A program made the translations under genes and the position numbers. A DNA stretch of 64,000 bases from Aquificaceae bacterium (GTDB lineage Bacteria > Aquificota > Aquificia > Aquificales > Aquificaceae), in assembly GCA_025057455.1 (NCBI GenBank), contig JANWWY010000003.1, positions 15,821-79,820 on the forward strand, read 5' to 3'. Shown here piece by piece: positions 23,958 to 34,028 of the stretch. Position 1 is the stretch's first letter. The number at the start of each line of letters is the position of its first letter. The notes under the pieces are model-generated. The model was not told the DNA's origin. It did no database searches and saw nothing but the letters and a program-made list of their open reading frames with translations.

Positions 23958-24405
23958 GGGTATTCTAAAGGCGGAAGGCTTTAGCTTTGGTATTGTGGCA
24001 AGTAGGTTTAACCACCTTCTTGTGGACAGGCTCGTAGAAGGAGCAATAGACTGTATACTAAGGCATGGAGGTTCAAGGGATAGCATATATCTTCTCAGAG
24101 TTCCAGGCTCTTGGGAAATTCCCTTGGCGGTAAAGGAGCTTATAAGCAGGAAAAAGGTAGATGGCGTGGTGGCACTGGGCGTTCTTATAAGAGGGCAAAC
24201 ACCCCACTTTGACTACATAGCCAACGAAGTTTCAAAGGGTTTGGCTACCATTAGCTTGGAAACGGGAAAACCAGTAGCCTTTGGCATAATAACCGCTGAG
24301 AACCTTGAGCAGGCTATAGAGAGAGCGGGAACAAAGCAAGGTAATAAAGGATGGGAAGCAGCTCTCTCAGTCATAGAAACGGTAAATCTTCTGAGAAGTC
24401 TTTAA
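23944..24405 (+). CDS. ribH: 6,7-dimethyl-8-ribityllumazine synthase
   Basis: [33 protein letters not shown]. Confidence 0.97.
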   Translation: MQTFEGILKAEGFSFGIVASRFNHLLVDRLVEGAIDCILRHGGSRDSIYLLRVPGSWEIPLAVKELISRKKVDGVVALGVLIRGQTPHFDYIANEVSKGLATISLETGKPVAFGIITAENLEQAIERAGTKQGNKGWEAALSVIETVNLLRSL

Positions 24406-24824
24406 TGTACTACAAACCGCAGGCAAGGAAGCACGCTTTTCTTATTCTTTACCAATGGGACATGAAGGGAGAGAACATAGAAAACCTCACAGAGGAATAC
24501 ATATCCGCAAACCGCATAACTTCTCAGGACCAGAGAAGGTATATGAGAAAAATAGTCAAGACGTTTACGGAACATGCGGTAGAGATAGATAAGCTCATAG
24601 CGGAGCTATCCGAAAAATGGGATATAGACAGGGTGGGTTTTATAGAAAGAAACGTTCTAAGGGCTGCCTTGGCAGAGCTTCTGTATGTAGCGCCTAAGAC
24701 ACCAAAACTGGTGGTATCAGATTATGTAAAAATAGCCCAGAAGTACGCAGGTAAAAAATGTGCTACCTTTGTGAACGGTATACTTGGACATGTCTTGAGG
24801 GAAAAGCTGGGCATTGAGGATTAG
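24405..24824 (+). CDS. nusB: transcription antitermination factor NusB
   Basis: ARKHAFLILYQ, IERNVLR, FVNGIL; TAATG coupling to ribH places the start at 24405 rather than 24351. Confidence 0.9.
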   Translation: MYYKPQARKHAFLILYQWDMKGENIENLTEEYISANRITSQDQRRYMRKIVKTFTEHAVEIDKLIAELSEKWDIDRVGFIERNVLRAALAELLYVAPKTPKLVVSDYVKIAQKYAGKKCATFVNGILGHVLREKLGIED

Positions 24825-25018
24825 GACTTTTCGCCTTCCTTTACTTCCTGACCCTTGACCTCCTTTACCTTTTCCTCTTCACCAGAAATAGCCTTTTTGA
24901 AGTTTCTTATGCCTTCACCCAAAGCTCTACCTACTTCTGGTAGCTTGCTAGCTCCAAAAAGCAAAAGAACCACAAGGAGTATAAGGAGTATCTCCGTAAA
25001 AGAGAGGTTTGGAATCAT
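24821..25018 (-). CDS. tatA: twin-arginine translocase TatA/E subunit (copy 2)
   Basis: TM helix, FG hinge, [18 protein letters not shown] amphipathic helix. Confidence 0.93.
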   Translation of the reverse strand: MIPNLSFTEILLILLVVLLLFGASKLPEVGRALGEGIRNFKKAISGEEEKVKEVKGQEVKEGEKS

Positions 25019-25191
25019 GCTTGCTCCTTTTTCTCAGGCTTTTGCCCTTCTTCCTCGCCAGAAAGAGCCTTTTTGAAATTCCTTATACCTTCACCCAGAC
25101 CCTTTCCAAATTCTGGTAGCTTTGAAGCTCCAAACACAACAAGAACCACCAAAAGTATAAGCACTAACTGCCAAGGCAATGGAAAATGCAT
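25015..25191 (-). CDS. tatA: twin-arginine translocase TatA/E subunit (copy 1, 58 aa, absent from ORF track)
   Basis: Manual translation [58 protein letters not shown]; SD AAGGAGGTG upstream; ATGA overlap with copy 2. Confidence 0.92.
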   Translation of the reverse strand: MHFPLPWQLVLILLVVLVVFGASKLPEFGKGLGEGIRNFKKALSGEEEGQKPEKKEQA

Positions 25192-25228
25192 TTTTCACCT
25201 CCTTAGGCTCTAATTATATGCTTTGCCC

Positions 25229-25257
25229 TTGACAAAGGCAAGGGGGTAGTATAAGAT
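25229..25257 (+). promoter_or_regulatory. sigma-70 promoter of the cold-shock gene
   Basis: TTGACA-17 nt-TAAGAT, about 85 nt upstream of the start codon. Confidence 0.7.
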
Positions 25258-25342
25258 TATAACAAGAGCGGGTAAAAGAAAGAAAAGGCGCCTAATCTTT
25301 CTAAGCTTGCTCAAGAAGAAATTTTAAGGAGGTTTTAGTTCC

Positions 25343-25552
25343 ATGTCACTTACAGGCACTGTCAAATGGTTCAGCAAGGAAAAGGGTTATGGTTTTATAA
25401 CCCGCGATGATAATCAGGGGGATGTGTTTGTGCACTTCTCTGCCATACAGCAAAGAGGTTTTAAAACCCTTGAGCAAGGTCAAAGGGTTGAGTTTGATGT
25501 AGAGCAGGATACAAAAGGTCTGAGGGCGAAAAACGTCAGGGTCCTTTCCTAA
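25343..25552 (+). CDS. cspA: cold-shock protein (CSD)
   Basis: GTVKWF, KGYGFI (RNP1), DVFVHFS (RNP2), SD AAGGAGG. Confidence 0.95.
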   Translation: MSLTGTVKWFSKEKGYGFITRDDNQGDVFVHFSAIQQRGFKTLEQGQRVEFDVEQDTKGLRAKNVRVLS

Positions 25553-25557
25553 AGCAA

Positions 25558-25574
25558 AGCCCCCTCTGGGGGCT
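25558..25574 (+). terminator. GC-rich hairpin after the cold-shock gene (possible terminator or stabiliser)
   Basis: AGCCCCC-TCT-GGGGGCT, 5 nt after the stop; no clear U-tract on the + strand. Confidence 0.45.
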
Positions 25575-25587
25575 ATAATTATCATTT

Positions 25588-26823
25588 ATGCGTCTTTATG
25601 ACCTCTACAAGGGGAAAGATTATCACATAATCCCAACTTTAGAGAGGATTGAAAAGGCTGTAAGCTATCTATCCTTAAAGCCTTCATACGTATCCATCCA
25701 GGTGGGTGGCACAAACGGGAAGGGTTCTACATGTGCCTTTTTACAGAACATACTCCAACATCACCGTTACAAGGTGGGTTGGTTTGTCTCTCCCCATCTT
25801 TTTGATGAAAGGGAGCGGTGGAGAATAAACGGTGAAAAAATCCCCGAAGATAGGCTTTCTCAGATGATTGAGGATTTGAAGGATATCTTTCAGAAGTTTG
25901 ACCTTACCTACTTTGAAGCCTGCACTCTAATAGCCTTGAAGTATTTCCAAGAGGAGAGTGTGGATTTTGCAGTCTTTGAGGTGGGCATGGGTGGAAGGTG
26001 GGATGCCACAAGGTTATGCCAGCCGGAGGTTTGCGTAATCACCAACATACAGAGAGACCATACTAAGTGGCTTGGAAAAGACTGTGAAAGCAGAGCGGTG
26101 GAAAAGTTGGGCATATACAGAAGGGGCAAGCCCCTAATTCTTGGCAGTATGAGATATCCTCTCTATCCAAAGGCTTTGGAGCTTTGCCAGGAGGAGGACC
26201 TTTATGTAGCTGGCATAGACTTTTTTGCTTCTGGCAGGGTTGATGGTCTGAAAACCTTTGTGGACTTCTACAAGGACGAACTTTTTGAAATTGAAGGGTT
26301 GGAGCTAGGGCTGTGGGGGAGGTATCAAGTAGAAAATGCAAGCCTTGCCATAAGAGCATCAGGACTTTTAATAGACCTGAAAGAAGAACAGCTAAGGATG
26401 GCACTTAAAAACACCAGATGGGAAGGAAGAATGGAGGTATTGAGAGAAAGTCCCTTGCTTATTCTAGATGGTGCCCACAACCCAGACGGTGTTGCAAGGG
26501 TTGTAAAGGAGATAAAAAAGCACATAGGATGTCTCACCCCAGTTTTTACCGCATTGAAGGAAAAAGAGTGGGAGCTTTCTCTGTTGTACCTCAAAGAGCT
26601 CTCCGAAAGGATATACTTGGTTCCTGTCAAACACCACAGGGGTGAGGACATTCAAAGGGTATATCAGAGGGCAAAGGAAATAGGATTTAAGGAGGTTCAC
26701 ATTTTGGAAGATTCAAGCCAAGTGCTGTGCATAGAAGAAGACCTTATCGTGCTTGGTTCTCTCTACCTTATAGGCGAGATAAAGGAGTATCTTCATAAAC
26801 ATGAAGGTAAAGTTTGTAGGTAG
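25588..26823 (+). CDS. folC: dihydrofolate synthase/folylpolyglutamate synthase
   Basis: VGGTNGKGS, SPHL, EVGMGGRWDAT, DHTKWLG, WEGRME, LDGAHNPDG, GSLYLIG. Confidence 0.95.
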   Translation: MRLYDLYKGKDYHIIPTLERIEKAVSYLSLKPSYVSIQVGGTNGKGSTCAFLQNILQHHRYKVGWFVSPHLFDERERWRINGEKIPEDRLSQMIEDLKDIFQKFDLTYFEACTLIALKYFQEESVDFAVFEVGMGGRWDATRLCQPEVCVITNIQRDHTKWLGKDCESRAVEKLGIYRRGKPLILGSMRYPLYPKALELCQEEDLYVAGIDFFASGRVDGLKTFVDFYKDELFEIEGLELGLWGRYQVENASLAIRASGLLIDLKEEQLRMALKNTRWEGRMEVLRESPLLILDGAHNPDGVARVVKEIKKHIGCLTPVFTALKEKEWELSLLYLKELSERIYLVPVKHHRGEDIQRVYQRAKEIGFKEVHILEDSSQVLCIEEDLIVLGSLYLIGEIKEYLHKHEGKVCR

Positions 26824-27352
26824 TTTCTTTGGGAATTTCCCCAGGAATGGAAAAAAACATGTGGTCTTTGTGGGAAGGTCAAACGTGGGAAAGTCTTCTT
26901 TAATAAACATGCTCCTCGGTAGGCAAGTGGCAAGGGTAAGCAAGGAGCCGGGTAGAACAAGGGCTGTAAACTTTATCCATTTAGAAGACTACGATGTCTA
27001 CTTTGTGGACCTTCCAGGTTACGGCTTTGCAAAAACATCAAAGATTCAAAGGGAAAAGTGGAAAGAGCTCATAGAAGAATACTTTAGGAGCTGTTGGGAG
27101 GATATTAAGATAGTATTTTTGCTCATAGACTGTGTGGCAGGACCAACGGAGCTTGACCTTAAAGCCCTTGAATGGCTTGAATCTTATAAGCTTCCACATC
27201 TTATTGTCCTTACCAAGTGTGACAGAGCCACCCAGAAGGACATAAGTAAGACCATAAAGACTATGAAGGGTGTTTCCTCCTATGAGGTTATTATAACATC
27301 TGCGAAAGAGGGAAAGGGCAAGAAAGAGGTTCTAAGGTATGCTATCAGTTAA
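26801..27352 (+). CDS. engB: ribosome biogenesis GTPase YihA/YsxC
   Basis: GRSNVGKSSLIN, SKEPGRT, DLPGYG, TKCD. Confidence 0.93.
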   Translation: MKVKFVGSFFGNFPRNGKKHVVFVGRSNVGKSSLINMLLGRQVARVSKEPGRTRAVNFIHLEDYDVYFVDLPGYGFAKTSKIQREKWKELIEEYFRSCWEDIKIVFLLIDCVAGPTELDLKALEWLESYKLPHLIVLTKCDRATQKDISKTIKTMKGVSSYEVIITSAKEGKGKKEVLRYAIS

Positions 27353-28160
27353 GGCACCCCAGAGGGAGCTTATAGAAAAGACTCGTGCAATACTGAGGAA
27401 GTACTCCTTAAACACTGTCTGCGAGGAGTCTCTGTGTCCCAATATGGGTGAATGCTTTTTTAAGAAAACCGCTACTTTTCTAATACTGGGTAAGGTATGC
27501 ACGAGAGCCTGTAAATATTGCCACGTGGCCACGGGAAAGCCTCAGCCACCAGACCCATCTGAGCCCGTAAGGCTTTACCATGCGATAAGGGAGTTGGGTC
27601 TAAGGCACGTGGTTATAACCTCAGTGGACAGGGATGACCTACCCGACTACGGAGCTGGACACTTTAGACGATGTGTGGAGTTTTTAAAATCAAAGGATGA
27701 GAGCTTAAAAGTGGAAGTTCTTACGCCCGACTTTAGAGGTTCTGAAAAATCCTTAGAGCAGGTAGTCCTCTCGCATCCTGATGTGCTATCCCACAACATT
27801 GAGACTGTTGAGAGAGTCTTTTCAAAGGTTAGACCACAGGGAGATTACAGAAGAAGCCTGAGTGTCCTAAGTTACTATTCAGAAAGCGGTGTTGCACCGG
27901 TAAAGTCTGGGCTCATGCTGGGTCTTGGTGAAGACTGGGAGGAAATAATAAAAACTATGGAAGACTTAAGAAAGGCTGGTGTATCTATGCTTGTAATAGG
28001 TCAGTACCTGCAACCCAGCAGGACTCACTATCCTGTTAGAAGGTTTTATGGAGAGGAGGAATTCTCTAAACTGAAGGCAATAGCTATTACTATGGGTTTT
28101 GAGAGGGTGCTTTCTGAGCCTCTGGCCAGGTCCTCCTACCATGCGGAGGATATGTTATAA
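27339..28160 (+). CDS. lipA: lipoyl synthase
   Basis: CEESLCPNMGEC, CTRACKYC radical-SAM motif, TSVDRDDL, HNIETV, RSSYHA. Confidence 0.96.
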   Translation: MLSVKAPQRELIEKTRAILRKYSLNTVCEESLCPNMGECFFKKTATFLILGKVCTRACKYCHVATGKPQPPDPSEPVRLYHAIRELGLRHVVITSVDRDDLPDYGAGHFRRCVEFLKSKDESLKVEVLTPDFRGSEKSLEQVVLSHPDVLSHNIETVERVFSKVRPQGDYRRSLSVLSYYSESGVAPVKSGLMLGLGEDWEEIIKTMEDLRKAGVSMLVIGQYLQPSRTHYPVRRFYGEEEFSKLKAIAITMGFERVLSEPLARSSYHAEDML

Positions 28161-28189
28161 TGAATACTCTTGTTTAAAGGAGGTATGTT

Positions 28190-28549
28190 ATGCGTGTAAA
28201 GGGTCCCTCTTCAAGGAAGTTTAAAAAGAAAATATTGAAGCTGGCTAAAGGGTTTAGGGGTCAGCGCAAAAATGTCTACAGAAGGGCAAAGGAATACGTT
28301 TTTAGGGCTCTACAGTATCAGTACAGGGACAGAAGGCAGAGGAAGAGGCAGTTTAGGAGGCTATGGATTACACGTATAAACGCAGCTGTTAGACTTCATG
28401 GGCTTTCTTACAGTAAGTTTATGAATGGACTTTCTAAGGCAGGCATAAATGTAAACAGAAAGGTGTTGGCGGAGATGGCGGTCAGAGACCCAGAGGGCTT
28501 TGCTCAAATAGTAAATAAAGCCAAAGAGGCCCTGTCACAGCCCGTGTGA
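28190..28549 (+). CDS. rplT: 50S ribosomal protein L20
   Basis: [32 protein letters not shown]. Confidence 0.97.
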   Translation: MRVKGPSSRKFKKKILKLAKGFRGQRKNVYRRAKEYVFRALQYQYRDRRQRKRQFRRLWITRINAAVRLHGLSYSKFMNGLSKAGINVNRKVLAEMAVRDPEGFAQIVNKAKEALSQPV

Positions 28550-29559
28550 TGCATCTAAAGGGCATTGAAGAGGAACTGCATAGGGATTTATCGGAGGTAA
28601 AGAGCCTTTCCGACCTTCAGCAAGTAAAAGCTAAGTATCTGGGGAAAAAGGGTCTTATAACTCAGGCGGTAGCCGGCATAAAGGACTTACCACCGGAAGA
28701 GAGAAGGGAATATGGGTCAAGGGTAAACAGGCTAAAGGAGTATGCGGAACAGCTTATAAATCAAAAAGAGGAGGAACTAAACAGGGAAGATATTCAAAGA
28801 CAGCTTTCCCAGGAGTGGTTGGACCTTTCCATACCTTTGGAGCCTCTCCAAGGCACACATCATCCCATAACTCAGACTCTAAGGAGGATAAAAAACATTT
28901 TTGTAAGCATGGGGTTTTCCATTATGGAAGGTCCAGAGGTGGAGTTGGAAGAGTACAACTTTGACATGCTAAACATACCAAAGGACCACCCAGCCAGGGA
29001 CATGCAAGATACCTTCTACGTAAACAAGAAAGGATATCTTTTGAGGACGCATACCTCGCCTGTTCAGATAAGGACTATGCTCTCCTACAAGCCACCCATA
29101 TACATGGTGGCACCTGGCAGGGTGTACAGGAGGGATGACGACCCTACTCATTCACCCATGTTCCATCAAGTAGAAGGTCTTGTGGTGGATACAGAAGTGG
29201 GTTTTGGGCATATGAAATACACCATAGAGACTTTTCTTAAGGAGTTTTTCGAGGTGGATGTGCCAGTCCGTTTTAGAGCCTCCTACTTTCCTTTTACAGA
29301 ACCCTCTGCGGAGGTAGACATAGGCTGTGTTATATGTAGAGGTGAAGGCTGTAGGGTATGTAAGCAAACGGGTTGGCTTGAGGTGATGGGTTGTGGTATG
29401 GTTCATCCAGTAGTCTTAGAAAACTGTGGTATAGACCCGGAGTTTTATCGGGGCTTTGCCTTTGGTATGGGTGTGGAAAGGCTTGCCATGCTCTACTTTG
29501 GCATAGACAACATAAAGCTGTTTTTTGAAAATCACATGAGATTTTTAAGGCAGTTTTAA
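28546..29559 (+). CDS. pheS: phenylalanine--tRNA ligase alpha subunit
   Basis: [44 protein letters not shown]. Confidence 0.97.
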   Translation: MMHLKGIEEELHRDLSEVKSLSDLQQVKAKYLGKKGLITQAVAGIKDLPPEERREYGSRVNRLKEYAEQLINQKEEELNREDIQRQLSQEWLDLSIPLEPLQGTHHPITQTLRRIKNIFVSMGFSIMEGPEVELEEYNFDMLNIPKDHPARDMQDTFYVNKKGYLLRTHTSPVQIRTMLSYKPPIYMVAPGRVYRRDDDPTHSPMFHQVEGLVVDTEVGFGHMKYTIETFLKEFFEVDVPVRFRASYFPFTEPSAEVDIGCVICRGEGCRVCKQTGWLEVMGCGMVHPVVLENCGIDPEFYRGFAFGMGVERLAMLYFGIDNIKLFFENHMRFLRQF

Positions 29560-29561
29560 TA

Positions 29562-30746
29562 ATGTTCAAGGATTTTACGCCTCAGGAAAGAAGTGTAATC
29601 TTAAGCGTAATCTTTGCAGTTGCGGTTCGCATGCTGGGACTTTTCCTGCTCTTGCCCGTCCTCTCGCCCTATCTCAAAACCTTGGAAGGTGCCACACCAC
29701 AGCTCATAGGCTTTGCCATAGGCATATACGGTCTTGCACAGGCTATGCTTCAAATACCCTTTGGTTACCTTTCTGACAAGTATGGGAGAAAGCCCATCAT
29801 CTTCGTAGGCATGCTGAGCTACGCAGTTGGTAGCCTTATGGGTGGTATTGCGGGGAGTATATGGAGTATGATTTTCGCACGCTTCGTGCAAGGCTTTGGT
29901 GCGGTTTCCTCTGCCATGATAGCCCTTTCTGCGGACCTGACGAGGGAGGAGGTAAGAACAAGGGCTTTCGCAAAAATAGGTGCCTCCATAGGACTTACCT
30001 TTGCCCTTAGTCTTACGGTAGCTCCTGTGCTGGCTGGAAGTTTGGGTGTTCCTTTCCTGTTTTTTCTTACCGCCTTCTTGAGCCTTCTTGCTACAGCCAT
30101 ACTCATGCTTCAAGTCCCAGAGCCAAAAGACAGGTCAAGGGATAGAGAGATAAACCCGTCCCTTAGTAAGGTGTTTACACTTTTGGGGGATAAAAACCAG
30201 CTATTTCTCAACTTTTCCATAGGACTGCTACACGCTTACATGGTGGTTATCTTTACCCTCGTGCCTTATGAGCTGGTTTATAGCTACAACCTGCCAAAGC
30301 TTCAGCACTGGAAAATATACATGCCGGCGGTGGTTTTATCCCTTATATTCATGATGCCCGCTATACTTTTGGCGGAAAAGAAAAATAAGTTTAGAGAAGC
30401 CTTCCTGTTAGGCGTTTCTCTCGTGGGTCTTTCCTTTTTTGTGCTCCACGCGTTTAAAAACTTCTGGGGCATAGCCCTTATGGTCTTTCTGTTTTTCTTA
30501 GGGTTTAACTTCCTTGAGGCTCTAATACCTTCCCTTCTTACCAAGCTAACGCATAGAGACTTAAGAGGTCTCTCCCTAGGAATCTTTAACACAACCCAAT
30601 TTTTGGGTGCTTTTTTGGGGGGTATTTGGGGAGGCTATGCTCTAAAGCACGGTCATGAGCTTATGACCCTTTTAGCTATAGGCTTGGCTGTTTTTTGGTT
30701 TCTTGCCAGCTTCTCGTGGTTTGCACGCCTTAAATCTATTCCTTAA
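29562..30746 (+). CDS. MFS transporter (YajR-like)
   Basis: GYLSDKYGRKP motif A, RFVQGFGA, about 12 TM helices. Confidence 0.88.
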   Translation: MFKDFTPQERSVILSVIFAVAVRMLGLFLLLPVLSPYLKTLEGATPQLIGFAIGIYGLAQAMLQIPFGYLSDKYGRKPIIFVGMLSYAVGSLMGGIAGSIWSMIFARFVQGFGAVSSAMIALSADLTREEVRTRAFAKIGASIGLTFALSLTVAPVLAGSLGVPFLFFLTAFLSLLATAILMLQVPEPKDRSRDREINPSLSKVFTLLGDKNQLFLNFSIGLLHAYMVVIFTLVPYELVYSYNLPKLQHWKIYMPAVVLSLIFMMPAILLAEKKNKFREAFLLGVSLVGLSFFVLHAFKNFWGIALMVFLFFLGFNFLEALIPSLLTKLTHRDLRGLSLGIFNTTQFLGAFLGGIWGGYALKHGHELMTLLAIGLAVFWFLASFSWFARLKSIP

Positions 30747-30766
30747 ATTGTGATAACTTAAATCTT

Positions 30767-32080
30767 ATGGATACAAGCCTTCTTGCCAACATAGTGGGGG
30801 GTAAACACGTAGGTAGAGCCGTGTCCTTTGAAGGATTTTCCATAGAATTTTCCATAGACAGCAGGGCAGTAAGGAGGGGTCAGGTTTTCGTTGCCATAAA
30901 GGGGACCGTTCACGACGGTCATGATTTTGCCGTGGATGCCCTTCAGAGCGGAGCGGTCGCCGTCGTGTGCGAAAGACCTCTGGATATCTCAGAGAACATC
31001 CCTCAGATAGTTGTGGACAGCACTGTAGAGGCTCTCAGAAGGTTTGCCTCTTGGAGGAGGAGCAATTTCCGCGGTAAGGTAATAGCAGTGGCCGGCTCTG
31101 CGGGTAAGACAACAACAAAGGAGATGATAGCTTTTATGCTTTCAAAGGTGGGCAAAGTATGCAAAACACCAAAAAACTACAACTCCCAGATAGGCGTTCC
31201 CTTGTCCGTGGCTAACTTTGATGAAGACTGCGATTTTTGGGTGGTTGAGATGGGTGCCAGTCAGAAGGGAGATGTAAAAAGACTCGTGGAAATTGTGAGA
31301 CCTCACATAAGGGCTATAACAGCCATAGGGGAGGAGCACTTAGAGACCTTTGGATGTCTTGATGATGTGGTTCAGGGAAATGGAGAAGTTTTCTACAACA
31401 TGAGCCCGGAGGATTGGGGTGTCTGTCCAGCTATTGTTTCTCAATGCTACTCCATAAACAGGAAGCTCACCTTTGGAGGTTCAGATTTTGTCGCTGAGGA
31501 TATAAAGCTATCACCTGAGGGTATCAGCTTTAGGCTGGAGGGCACATCAGTCTTTATACCAATTCCAAGTCTTGCGGTGGTAGAAAATGTTCTGTGCACC
31601 TTTTGCGTACTGCAAGCCCTGGGCGTAGATTGGAAAGGCCTTCACAAACACCTTGCGAATTTTCACCCTGTAGAAGGAAGGTTTAGGGTGCTTAGAAAAG
31701 GTGAGCTTTTGCTTATAGACGACACTTACAACGCAAATCCTCCTTCTGTGAGACTTGCCCTGAGGAGCCTAAGCCTTTTTGACCGCTATAGGGTTGCAGT
31801 GCTGGGGGACATGTTAGAGTTGGGTGGGAGTTCAGAACTGTACCATAGAGAAATGGGCAGATTCTGTGTAGAACTTGGCATAGACCTTTGTCTTTTTTAC
31901 GGAGAGCATACGAGGCATGCCTACCAAGAGTGTAAGGAATTGGGAGGAAATTGTCACCATTTTGAAGACCTCCAATCCCTCTTAGACTTCCTTTTACCCT
32001 TAGAAAAAGCTGTTATACTTTTTAAAGGGTCAAGGGGCATGAAGATGGAAAAGTTAGTGGAGGGACTTTTGAATGTCTGA
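30767..32080 (+). CDS. murF: UDP-N-acetylmuramoyl-tripeptide--D-Ala-D-Ala ligase
   Basis: IDSR, HDGHDF, GSAGKTTTKE, NSQIGVP, EMG, DDTYNANP, LGDMLELG, KGSRG. Confidence 0.95.
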   Translation: MDTSLLANIVGGKHVGRAVSFEGFSIEFSIDSRAVRRGQVFVAIKGTVHDGHDFAVDALQSGAVAVVCERPLDISENIPQIVVDSTVEALRRFASWRRSNFRGKVIAVAGSAGKTTTKEMIAFMLSKVGKVCKTPKNYNSQIGVPLSVANFDEDCDFWVVEMGASQKGDVKRLVEIVRPHIRAITAIGEEHLETFGCLDDVVQGNGEVFYNMSPEDWGVCPAIVSQCYSINRKLTFGGSDFVAEDIKLSPEGISFRLEGTSVFIPIPSLAVVENVLCTFCVLQALGVDWKGLHKHLANFHPVEGRFRVLRKGELLLIDDTYNANPPSVRLALRSLSLFDRYRVAVLGDMLELGGSSELYHREMGRFCVELGIDLCLFYGEHTRHAYQECKELGGNCHHFEDLQSLLDFLLPLEKAVILFKGSRGMKMEKLVEGLLNV

Positions 32081-32666
32081 TTTGGTTGACATTTACAAAA
32101 ATTTGGAAGGCGGAACTCTATTTCATACAAAACTAAGAAAGCTGAAGTATGAAGAGGGTAGGCTTTTTATCTCCTCCGCTCCATTGGCTAAGAGGTTTTT
32201 GCTCGTAGGGGATGTGGTCAACATTGGTTATGCAAATTTCCTTCTGCCAGCTAGAGTTGTTGGAAAGAACGAAAACCTCGTGGCTAATATCTTCTATGCG
32301 GGTGAGGGAAAGTTAGGAGATAGGAGTAAGCCGAGGGTTCCTGTCCAGAGGGAATACAGTTTCAAGTTGCTTCTAAAGTTTGAAGGTGTGTTTAGAGCCT
32401 TTGACCCTGTAGACATATCAGAGGGCGGTTTTTCTCTGATAATTTACGATAGCACCCTTGTTCCCTTGATGGTTGGAAAACAGATGGAGTTTAAGATTAC
32501 TGGCAGAGAGGAATTATACGGTGCCTGTGGCATGGCAAGGCTCGTCGGCATACTTGAGGATGGACAAATGGTCAAACTTGCTTTTGAAGCGGATGTGGAT
32601 GATGTTAGTGCCACTAAGATAAGGCTCTATGTGATAAACACCATAAAGAGGTTGCTGGGTGCTTGA
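32073..32666 (+). CDS. PilZ domain-containing protein
   Basis: RxxxR (RSKPR) and DxSxxG (DISEGG) c-di-GMP motifs in the C-terminal half; overlaps the murF stop. Confidence 0.65.
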   Translation: MSDLVDIYKNLEGGTLFHTKLRKLKYEEGRLFISSAPLAKRFLLVGDVVNIGYANFLLPARVVGKNENLVANIFYAGEGKLGDRSKPRVPVQREYSFKLLLKFEGVFRAFDPVDISEGGFSLIIYDSTLVPLMVGKQMEFKITGREELYGACGMARLVGILEDGQMVKLAFEADVDDVSATKIRLYVINTIKRLLGA

Positions 32667-32705
32667 ATATGTTTAGTAATTCAGCATATAATGATATAAT
32701 TAATA

Positions 32706-34028
32706 GTGAATATGACCATGAGATTGCTGGTAGTCCTGCTTATAGTCTATAGCTTTGTACTTGCCAGGGAAATAACCCTGGTGGAGGCTATTGATTTAGC
32801 GGTAAAAAACAGCCTAATTGTAAAGTCTGCCCAAAGGGATGTGAGAGCTCAAGAGTTTGAGTTGTTGGCTGCAAAGGGTGCTCTCTTTCCAAAGATAAGG
32901 GTGGAAGAAACCTTTACAAGAACCGATTTACCAGTCTATGCCTTTATGAGTAAACTAAATCAGGAAAGGATTACATCTCAGGACTTTGACCCATCAAGGC
33001 TTAATAAGCCGTCCGCCATAAACAACTTTGAAACTAAGTTTACCCTTGAGGTTCCCATATGGCTTGGTGGTAAAGTCCAGTCTGCAAAGAGGATGGCTGA
33101 GTACGAATACAAGGCTGTGAGTCTTGAATTCAAGAGAAAGGAAGAGGAGGTTATAAGACAGGTTTATCATGCTTACATGGATGCGGTCCTGGCAAAGGAA
33201 GCTATAAGAGTATCTCAGCAGGCTGTGGAGGATGCAAGGGAGCATCTTAGGCTTGCGGAGCAATTGCAGAAGGTAGGCATGGCCCTTCTGTCTGATGTTC
33301 TAAGGGCTCAGGTTCACCTCTTAAAGGCTCAAGAGAGCTTAGAAAATTCCATCAGGAACTACCAGCTTGCAAAGAAGAGGATGGAAGTGGTTATAGGAGA
33401 ACAGCTGGGGGACTTTGAAGTTCAGAGCATTCAAACATGCCCCGCCATAAAAGAGGAAGGGATGGCGGAAAAGGTCCTGCAAAGGGCTGACATAAGGGCT
33501 ATGGAAGAGCGCATAAAAACAATACAGGAAGCCTATAGGTTTACGCTTTCAGACAACCTTCCTCAAGTATCCGCCTTTGCTCAGTACTTTCTAAACTCAA
33601 AAAACTATCCTTTTGGTGCGGATGGTAGTGGCTACCTTGCTGGCATTTCCGTTTCGTGGAGCTTTGACACAGGTCTAACGGTGCTCAGGAAGGCTCAGGC
33701 GAACTTAGAGAGAAAGGCTGGGCTTGAAGAAAGGGTAAAACTGATGAAGGATATGGCACTTTTAGAGCTTGAGCGTGCCAAGACAGAATACAGAAATGCC
33801 CTTGATTCCTTAAAGTCCGCCGAGGAAAGAATAGGAGCAAGCAAGGAGGTTCTTAGGATAACGGAGTTAAGGTTCAAAAACGGTCTCGCTCGCATGGTGG
33901 ATGTGTTGGATGCTCAGACGGAGCTTGACAAGGCAAGGCTTGAGAGGGTTCAGGCTATAAATGCCTGTCAAAAGGCTTATGTAGACATTCTTTTCTCCGC
34001 AGGGCTTACAGAGGAGGTAAGAAGATGA
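32706..34028 (+). CDS. TolC family outer membrane efflux protein
   Basis: Signal peptide, two OEP repeats, LEVPIWLGG, RFKNGLARMVDVLDAQ. Confidence 0.9.
   Translation: MNMTMRLLVVLLIVYSFVLAREITLVEAIDLAVKNSLIVKSAQRDVRAQEFELLAAKGALFPKIRVEETFTRTDLPVYAFMSKLNQERITSQDFDPSRLNKPSAINNFETKFTLEVPIWLGGKVQSAKRMAEYEYKAVSLEFKRKEEEVIRQVYHAYMDAVLAKEAIRVSQQAVEDAREHLRLAEQLQKVGMALLSDVLRAQVHLLKAQESLENSIRNYQLAKKRMEVVIGEQLGDFEVQSIQTCPAIKEEGMAEKVLQRADIRAMEERIKTIQEAYRFTLSDNLPQVSAFAQYFLNSKNYPFGADGSGYLAGISVSWSFDTGLTVLRKAQANLERKAGLEERVKLMKDMALLELERAKTEYRNALDSLKSAEERIGASKEVLRITELRFKNGLARMVDVLDAQTELDKARLERVQAINACQKAYVDILFSAGLTEEVRR

Noticed and set aside
24351-24404. Longer nusB start
   Set aside because: Lies inside ribH; TAATG coupling at 24403-24407 gives a normal NusB N-terminus
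28190-29559. rplT-pheS without rpmI, infC or pheT as a sign of gene loss
   Set aside because: Operon fragmentation is general in this window (grpE, trpE, scpA, accD all stand apart from usual partners), so absence here does not imply loss
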